Source: Betaproteobacteria bacterium | Lineage (GTDB): Bacteria; Pseudomonadota; Gammaproteobacteria; Burkholderiales; Burkholderiaceae | Assembly (NCBI GenBank): GCA_009927445.1 | Contig: RFMZ01000285.1 | Coordinates: forward strand, 4,907 to 68,906 | DNA: 64,000 nucleotides | Reading direction: 5' to 3' | Part shown: piece by piece, positions 56,929 to 64,000 of the stretch | How the letters are laid out: each line of letters begins with the position of its first letter | How positions within the stretch are numbered: position 1 is the stretch's first letter | Notes under the pieces: model-generated | The model's input: the letters and a program-made list of their open reading frames with translations, nothing else | What the model was told of the DNA's origin: nothing | The model's database searches: none | Program-made: the position numbers and the translations under genes

Positions 56929-57495
56929 TTAAAAACTAATTCCCAGCTTTTTTAATGCTAAAGCCAAAGTATGACAAGCTCGAGAACAATGTGTTTTAAC
57001 ACTTCCTTCACTACAACCCATCGCCGAGGCCGTCTCAGAAATGTCTAACTCTTCCCAATAACGCATGAGGAAGGCTTCGCGTTGACGATTTGGTAACTTT
57101 TCTATTTCTTTTTCTAATATTGTTGATAATTCCATTCTTTCAAGCTGTTTTGATGATTCTTGCCCAAAACTAGAGGTTTCTGGATTTTCCAAGAAGTCTT
57201 CTGGGTGAGCATCCTCATCCGCATCATTTTTTTTAAACTTAGAGAATAGAGTAACCCAAGTGTTTCTGACCTTTTGCCGTCTAAACCAGTCCTTGGTGCA
57301 GTTTTGCACAATTCTTGTGAAAAGTAATGGTAATTCTTCAATATTTTTATCGCCATAACTTTGCGAGAGTTTAATCATGGCATCCTGCACGATATCTAAA
57401 GCTGCATCCTCATCGCGAACCGCGTATAGAACTTGCTTAAAAGCGCGCTTTTCACTAGATTTAAGGAAGTCAGAAAGTTCTTTTGCAGAAGCCAT
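56929..57495 (-). CDS. ECF-type RNA polymerase sigma factor
   Basis: Region 2 (DAALDIVQDAMIKL) and region 4 (LPNRQREAFLMRYWEELDISETASAMGCSEGSVKTH). Confidence 0.92.
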   Translation of the reverse strand: MASAKELSDFLKSSEKRAFKQVLYAVRDEDAALDIVQDAMIKLSQSYGDKNIEELPLLFTRIVQNCTKDWFRRQKVRNTWVTLFSKFKKNDADEDAHPEDFLENPETSSFGQESSKQLERMELSTILEKEIEKLPNRQREAFLMRYWEELDISETASAMGCSEGSVKTHCSRACHTLALALKKLGISF

Positions 57496-57552
57496 GATTG
57501 AATTTTAAACACCAAACCAACTTTTTTGTTCAATAAAAGGCTTGAAATGTAA

Positions 57553-57692
57553 TATAATTTAAAGTTCGCTTACACGAAACCTTTTAAAAGAAGGGTTTGA
57601 ATCCGCAAGCATAGCCGCACGAAGTCACGCCACAAGCTGGGCAGAGAGCAGACCAACCAATTTTTTGCCGAAAATTGCAAAGGACTATAAAA
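57553..57692 (+). promoter_or_regulatory. ilvI promoter (-10 TATAAT at 57553) and ~130-nt structured leader
   Basis: Perfect TATAAT; hairpin at 57577-57598; alternative pairings around the SD. Confidence 0.4.
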
Positions 57693-59483
57693 ATGAATAC
57701 TGTCAATGAAGTTGTAAATACATCGTTTAAGTCAAACGAACAACTAGAGCCCAATCCAGCGCCATCTTCTGCCCAAATAATTGGTGCCGAAATTTTGGTT
57801 CGAGCTTTAGCCGAGGAGGGGGTTGAATACGTCTGGGGTTATCCTGGTGGTTCGGTTTTATACATATATGACGAAATTCACAAACAAGAAAAATTCGAGC
57901 ATATTTTAGTACGTCATGAGCAGGGTGCTGTGCACGCTGCTGATGGCTTTGCCCGCGCTTCTGGTAAGGTGGGTGTTGCTCTAGTTACGTCCGGCCCGGG
58001 CGTCACAAATGCTGTTACCGGTATTGCCACGGCCTACATGGACTCAGTTCCACTTATAGTGATTACTGGCAACGTGCCGTCGCACATGATTGGCGAGGAC
58101 GCTTTTCAGGAGTGTGACACCGTTGGTATTACTAGGCCAATTGTCAAACATAATTTTTTAGTAAAAGATGTAAAAGACTTAGCAGTAACGATAAAAAAAG
58201 CCTTTCACATTGCTCAAACTGGTCGGCCTGGACCTGTGGTCATCGACATTCCCAAAGATATTTCTTTTCATAAAGCCGTTTATGAATATCCAAAAGAAAT
58301 TGAAATGCGTTCGTATAACCCAGTACTGCGGGGGCATTCGGGCCAAATTCGTAAAGCCGTTCAGTTACTGTTAGATGCGAAGCGCCCATATATTTATAGT
58401 GGTGGGGGCGTTATTTTGGCAAACGCTGCGCCGCAACTCAAGGAATTTGCTGAATTATTAGGTTATCCGGTTACCAATACTTTAATGGGCCTCGGTGGAT
58501 TTCCTGGTTCCAACCCTCAGTTTGTTGGGATGCTTGGTATGCATGGCACTTACGAAGCTAATATGGCTATGCAACATGCAGATGTGGTGATCGCGATTGG
58601 TGCGCGCTTTGATGACCGAGTGATTGGTAATCCTCAGCATTATATGAGTGTACCGCGCAAGGTGATTCACGTGGATATTGATCCATCGGTGATTTCCAAA
58701 AGAGTCCACGCGGACGTGCCGATTGTTGGCAATCTCAAGGACGTTTTGACAGAGATGACGGCACAGATTCGCTCGCTGGGTTCTATTAAAAACCAATCCG
58801 ACGTTCAAATTTGGTGGCAGCAAATTAAAGAATGGCAAAAAACAGATTGCTTGAAATATGATCGTCAGTCTGAAATCGTCAAACCACAATATGTCGTTGA
58901 GAAGTTATACGAATTGACTGGTGGAGACGCATTCATCTGCTCGGATGTCGGGCAGCATCAAATGTGGGCAGCGCAGTTTTATAAATTCAACAAGCCCAGA
59001 AGATGGATTAATTCCGGTGGACTAGGCACCATGGGGGTTGGATTGCCTTATGCGATGGGCATTAAAAAGGCTTTTCCTAATGAAGAGGTGTGTACGATTA
59101 CCGGTGAGGGGTCGATTCAAATGTGTAGTCAGGAGTTGTCGACCTGTTTGCAATATGACACGCCGATTAAGATCATTTCCCTCAATAATCGGTATTTAGG
59201 AATGGTCAGACAATGGCAGGAGTTAAGTTACAGTAAGAGATACTCCCATTCTTATATGGATTCCTTACCCGATTTTGTGAAGTTAGCGGAAGCCTATGGT
59301 CATGTTGGGATGCTGATTGAAAAAACTGCAGACGTTGAGGGGGCTTTGCGGGAGGCCTTGAAATTAAAAAAACGCACAGTCTTCATGGATTTTCAGACTG
59401 ACCCAACAGAGAATGTTTGGCCGATGGTTGAAGCCGGCAAGGGTATTACAGAAATGTTGCTTGGTGGGGAGAATGATGAATGA
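57693..59483 (+). CDS. ilvI: Acetolactate synthase large subunit
   Basis: GYPGG, RHEQGA, TSGPGVTN, SDVGQHQMW, NSGGLGTMG and NNRYLGMVRQWQ; SD AAGGA before ATG 57693. Confidence 0.95.
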   Translation: MNTVNEVVNTSFKSNEQLEPNPAPSSAQIIGAEILVRALAEEGVEYVWGYPGGSVLYIYDEIHKQEKFEHILVRHEQGAVHAADGFARASGKVGVALVTSGPGVTNAVTGIATAYMDSVPLIVITGNVPSHMIGEDAFQECDTVGITRPIVKHNFLVKDVKDLAVTIKKAFHIAQTGRPGPVVIDIPKDISFHKAVYEYPKEIEMRSYNPVLRGHSGQIRKAVQLLLDAKRPYIYSGGGVILANAAPQLKEFAELLGYPVTNTLMGLGGFPGSNPQFVGMLGMHGTYEANMAMQHADVVIAIGARFDDRVIGNPQHYMSVPRKVIHVDIDPSVISKRVHADVPIVGNLKDVLTEMTAQIRSLGSIKNQSDVQIWWQQIKEWQKTDCLKYDRQSEIVKPQYVVEKLYELTGGDAFICSDVGQHQMWAAQFYKFNKPRRWINSGGLGTMGVGLPYAMGIKKAFPNEEVCTITGEGSIQMCSQELSTCLQYDTPIKIISLNNRYLGMVRQWQELSYSKRYSHSYMDSLPDFVKLAEAYGHVGMLIEKTADVEGALREALKLKKRTVFMDFQTDPTENVWPMVEAGKGITEMLLGGENDE

Positions 59484-59971
59484 GGCATATTATTTCGGTT
59501 TTGTTAGAAAATGAGCCTGGAGCATTATCAAGGGTAGTTGGATTATTTTCTGCGCGCGGTTACAACATCGAAAGTTTGACTGTTGCCCCGACTGAAGACG
59601 CCTCGTTATCTCGTATGACAATAGTGACAACTGGTTCTGATGAGGTCATTGAGCAGATCACGAAACATTTAAACCGCTTAGTTGAGGTTGTTAAGGTTTA
59701 TGATTTGAGTGAAGGCTTGCATATTGAGCGCGAATTGATGCTCATTAAAGTTCGAGCAGTTGGAAAAGAGCGCGAGGAAATGAAGCGAACGACTGATATT
59801 TTCAGGGGTCGGATAATTGATGTAACTGATAAAAGTTATACGATTGAGTTAACGGGCGACTCGGCTAAGTTGGATGCTTTTATTGAAGCCATTGATCAAG
59901 CCTCCATCTTGGAAACCGTTCGAACGGGTGCCTCTGGCGTAGGGCGAGGCGAGAGAGTTTTACGGGTTTAG
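59480..59971 (+). CDS. ilvH: Acetolactate synthase small (regulatory) subunit
   Basis: MRHIISVLLENEPGALSRVVGLFSARGYNIESL (ACT domain). Confidence 0.96.
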   Translation: MRHIISVLLENEPGALSRVVGLFSARGYNIESLTVAPTEDASLSRMTIVTTGSDEVIEQITKHLNRLVEVVKVYDLSEGLHIERELMLIKVRAVGKEREEMKRTTDIFRGRIIDVTDKSYTIELTGDSAKLDAFIEAIDQASILETVRTGASGVGRGERVLRV

Positions 59972-61060
<1,089 letters not shown>

Positions 61061-61091
61061 TTGGATTCAAGTTTGGAAAATAAAGGTAGCC

Positions 61092-61742
61092 ATGTCATAT
61101 AACCACCCACTAATTGCCCGCGAAGGTTGGCCTTATTTAGCTGGTATTGGGGCAGTAACCTTGCTTGTGCAAGGCCTGGGCGGGTTTATTTTTGCATGGC
61201 CCTTTTGGTTGATCTTTCTGTTTGTTCTACAGTTCTTTCGAGACCCTCCACGACTAGTACCTTTAGCAGAAAATGCTGTTTTAGCCCCAGCCGATGGCCG
61301 AATTGTTGTGGTGGAAAAGACGGCCGATCCATATGCTGATCGTCAAGCGTTAAAGATTAGTATCTTTATGAATGTTTTCAATGTGCATTCAAATCGTATT
61401 GCTGTAAATGGTCGGATAAAAAAAATTCAATACTTCGAGGGAAAGTTTGTTAACGCTGACTTAGATAAAGCCTCTACTGAAAATGAGCGTAATGCGATCG
61501 TACTAGAGGCGAATGGGCATGACATTACATTAGTTCAAGTTGCTGGACTGATTGCTAGGCGAATTCTTTGTTACGTGCGGGTTGGTGATCAGGTAAAAAA
61601 AGGCGAGCGGTATGGTTTTATCCGTTTTGGATCGCGCGTTGATGTGTATTTGCCGTTAACTGCTGAGCCACTCGTCACTGTAGGCGACCGTGTTAGTGCA
61701 ACTTCAACGATCCTTGCCACCTTGCCCAACTTGGATGGTTAA
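61092..61742 (+). CDS. psd: Phosphatidylserine decarboxylase proenzyme
   Basis: [23 protein letters not shown] and RFGSRVD pyruvoyl cleavage motif. Confidence 0.95.
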   Translation: MSYNHPLIAREGWPYLAGIGAVTLLVQGLGGFIFAWPFWLIFLFVLQFFRDPPRLVPLAENAVLAPADGRIVVVEKTADPYADRQALKISIFMNVFNVHSNRIAVNGRIKKIQYFEGKFVNADLDKASTENERNAIVLEANGHDITLVQVAGLIARRILCYVRVGDQVKKGERYGFIRFGSRVDVYLPLTAEPLVTVGDRVSATSTILATLPNLDG

Positions 61743-61751
61743 GGGTTGCTC

Positions 61752-62678
61752 ATGGCGCAATTTCGTAAAAATAGAATTTCTCGGCCAAAAGTTTTTAAGC
61801 AGGTCCGATTGCGTTCTTCTGAAAATGAATCAAGCCGGCTTTTGGATATCCCCCCCCCAGAGCCCTTAAAAGAGTTTTATCCAAAGCCGCGCAATAAGGC
61901 GATTTACTTACTACCGAATGCCTTTACGACAGCTGCCTTATTTTGTGGTTTTTTTGCGATAGTGCAAGCTATGAACCAGCGCTGGGAGGTGGCCGCAATT
62001 GCCATATTTTGCTCCATGGTCTTAGACGGTATGGATGGACGAGTAGCCAGAATGACGCGCACGCAAAGCGCTTTTGGGGAGCAGTATGACTCGTTAGCTG
62101 ATATGGTGTCATTCGGAGTTGCTCCAGCACTAGTAGCCTATGAGTGGACTTTAAAAGGGCTTGGAAAATGGGGTTGGTTAGCAGCATTTATATATTGCGC
62201 TGGGGCTGCACTGCGTTTAGCCCGTTTTAACATCATGACAGGAGAAGCCGATAAGCGTTTCTTCCAGGGTCTTCCAAGTCCGGCTGCGGCGGCAATTATT
62301 GCAGGTTTTGTTTGGTTAGCCGAGGATAATAAATTACCGGTTGCAAACCTAGCTATTCCTTGGACGATGTTCTTTTTGACAATTTATGCTGGTATTACGA
62401 TGGTTTCGAATGTGCGGTTTTATAGTGGTAAGACTTTGGATATTCGCTATCACGTCCCTTTTGGAATGATGGTACTTCTTATTTTGTTATTTGTTTTAGT
62501 GTCTAGTGATCCACCCTTGACACTTTTTGGATTATTTGTTTTATATGCCTTGTCTGGGTATGTGACATGGTTTTGGGGTATTTTGCCCTTTAGTAAAAAA
62601 GTGGATCGTGCGAAGACTGCAATGACCCCTAAAGCCCCTTCGGTCTCTAATGAAAAATTAGATGTAGTGAACAAGTGA
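61752..62678 (+). CDS. pssA: CDP-diacylglycerol--serine O-phosphatidyltransferase
   Basis: LLPNAFT, DGMDGRVAR...FGEQYDSLADMVSFGVAP, LRLARFN and FQGLPSP. Confidence 0.95.
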   Translation: MAQFRKNRISRPKVFKQVRLRSSENESSRLLDIPPPEPLKEFYPKPRNKAIYLLPNAFTTAALFCGFFAIVQAMNQRWEVAAIAIFCSMVLDGMDGRVARMTRTQSAFGEQYDSLADMVSFGVAPALVAYEWTLKGLGKWGWLAAFIYCAGAALRLARFNIMTGEADKRFFQGLPSPAAAAIIAGFVWLAEDNKLPVANLAIPWTMFFLTIYAGITMVSNVRFYSGKTLDIRYHVPFGMMVLLILLFVLVSSDPPLTLFGLFVLYALSGYVTWFWGILPFSKKVDRAKTAMTPKAPSVSNEKLDVVNK

Positions 62679-62709
62679 CATAAAAATTAATTCGGTGTAT
62701 AGTAAATGT

Positions 62710-62793
62710 ATGATATTCGATAAGCATTTATTTTTAATACTGAGCCTTCTGGCACTGGATCATTTGACCGGGGCTAGAGATCGAGTTTGCTAA
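62710..62793 (+). CDS. leuL: Leucine leader peptide MIFDKHLFLILSLLALDHLTGARDRVC (27 aa, 7 Leu); not in the ORF track
   Basis: ATG at 62710 to TAA at 62791-62793; Leu codons clustered at positions 7-19; lies upstream of a terminator and leuA. Confidence 0.8.
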   Translation: MIFDKHLFLILSLLALDHLTGARDRVC

Positions 62794-62833
62794 ACAGCAT
62801 TTATTTAAAAAGACATACATAACGAATCTTACT

Positions 62834-62864
62834 AACCCCAGCCAAGTTGCTGGGGTTTTGTTTT
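62834..62864 (+). terminator. Attenuator terminator upstream of leuA
   Basis: aaccccagc / gctggggtt 9-bp stem, loop caagtt, then ttgtttt. The 5' arm can instead pair with ggggctag at 62770-62777. Confidence 0.82.
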
Positions 62865-62903
62865 ATATGAGTGAGTAAATTAAGCAAAATTAAGAGAAAG
62901 AAG

Positions 62904-64000
62904 ATGGCAATGGACAAACTAATCATTTTTGACACCACTTTGAGGGATGGCGAACAGTCGCCAGGTGCTTCCATGAGTAAAGATGAGAAAGTTCGAATTG
63001 CAAGACAACTAGAGCGATTACATGTCGATGTCATTGAAGCTGGGTTTGCCGCGAGTTCTCCGGGTGATTTTGAGGCCATTAAAGCCGTTGCAGCAGCGGT
63101 CAAGGACGCGACGATTTGTTCATTAGCACGTTCGAATGAGTACGATATCACGCAAGCGGCAAAGGCTCTAGAAGGCGCCAATTCAAAAAGAATCCATACT
63201 TTTATTGCTACGAGTGCTTTACATATGGAAAAAAAGTTGCGCATGACACCAGAACAGGTCATGGAGCAAGCCATTGCATCAATCCGGCTAGCCCGCCAGT
63301 TTACGGATGATATTGAATTCTCACCAGAGGATGGTTACCGTTCCGATCCGGAATTTTTATACCGTGTTCTAGAAGCCGTGATTCGGGAAGGCGCTACAAC
63401 GATAAATGTCCCAGACACTGTGGGTTATGCTGTGCCGGAGTTATATGGTCAGTTTATTCTCGATTTACGGCAAAAGATTCCTAATTCCGATAAAGCGATT
63501 TGGTCGGTACATTGCCATAATGATTTAGGCTTAGGAGTAGCAAACTCCTTAGCGGGCATACATATTGGCGGAGCACGTCAAGTCGAATGCACTATTAATG
63601 GTTTAGGTGAGCGAGCAGGAAATACTTCCTTAGAGGAGATTGTGATGGCTATTAAAACGCGTCGCGATTTTTATAACTTACAAGTTGGCATCGATGCTAC
63701 ACAAATTGTTTCTAGTTCGAAGATGGTTTCACAAATTACTGGGTTTGTGGTGCAGCCAAATAAGGCTGTAGTGGGAGCTAATGCCTTCGCGCATGCCTCT
63801 GGTATCCATCAAGACGGGGTTTTAAAGGCGCGCGATACCTACGAAATTATGCGTGCTGAGGATGTGGGCTGGAGTGCTAATAAGATTGTGCTTGGGAAGC
63901 TGTCTGGCAGAAACGCTTTTAAGCAAAGATTACAAGAGCTTGGCGTATCGATGGATTCTGAGGTTGATTTGAACGCTGCTTTTACCAGATTTAAAACCTT
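62904..64000 (+). CDS. leuA: 2-isopropylmalate synthase, N-terminal part (runs off the window; absent from the ORF track)
   Basis: [49 protein letters not shown] and HASGIHQDG. Start ATG 62904 or 62910. Confidence 0.96.
   Translation, partial: MAMDKLIIFDTTLRDGEQSPGASMSKDEKVRIARQLERLHVDVIEAGFAASSPGDFEAIKAVAAAVKDATICSLARSNEYDITQAAKALEGANSKRIHTFIATSALHMEKKLRMTPEQVMEQAIASIRLARQFTDDIEFSPEDGYRSDPEFLYRVLEAVIREGATTINVPDTVGYAVPELYGQFILDLRQKIPNSDKAIWSVHCHNDLGLGVANSLAGIHIGGARQVECTINGLGERAGNTSLEEIVMAIKTRRDFYNLQVGIDATQIVSSSKMVSQITGFVVQPNKAVVGANAFAHASGIHQDGVLKARDTYEIMRAEDVGWSANKIVLGKLSGRNAFKQRLQELGVSMDSEVDLNAAFTRFKT

Overview
Core chromosomal segment of a betaproteobacterium. Gene content and order look like Burkholderiaceae, Polynucleobacter-like (inferred from protein families, not from a search). 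The window is densely packed. In order it holds: the 3' end of a formate dehydrogenase operon with two uncharacterised exported accessory proteins and fdhD; dcd; an Orn/Lys/Arg decarboxylase split by a 1-nt frameshift; argH; hemCD-hemX-like-hemY; a DEAD-box helicase with a long structured leader; aldehyde dehydrogenase, msrA, pdxH and tcdA; a cyanophycin-synthetase locus (DUF1854 + ABC exporter, divergent from two cphA paralogues, one with a degenerate Mur domain and one frameshifted); amino-acid permease-ald; an acyltransferase, a CMD-family protein and a Bug protein; fbp and pepN; a rubrerythrin/Fe-S oxidoreductase/DUF3501 operon with OxyR-like boxes; tupBC; PCu(A)C; ilvD; several housekeeping and small redox genes; TauD-Bug; an ECF sigma cluster; ilvIHC; psd-pssA; and the 5' part of leuA, preceded by a Leu-rich leader peptide and attenuator that the ORF track misses. 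I recognised no tRNA, rRNA, CRISPR array, transposase, integrase or prophage gene. The strongest second-look items are the cyanophycin/exporter system, the leuA attenuator, the overlapping argH/hemC start codons, the structured RNA leaders (helicase, permease, ilvI) and the conserved unknown proteins in the FDH and rubrerythrin operons.
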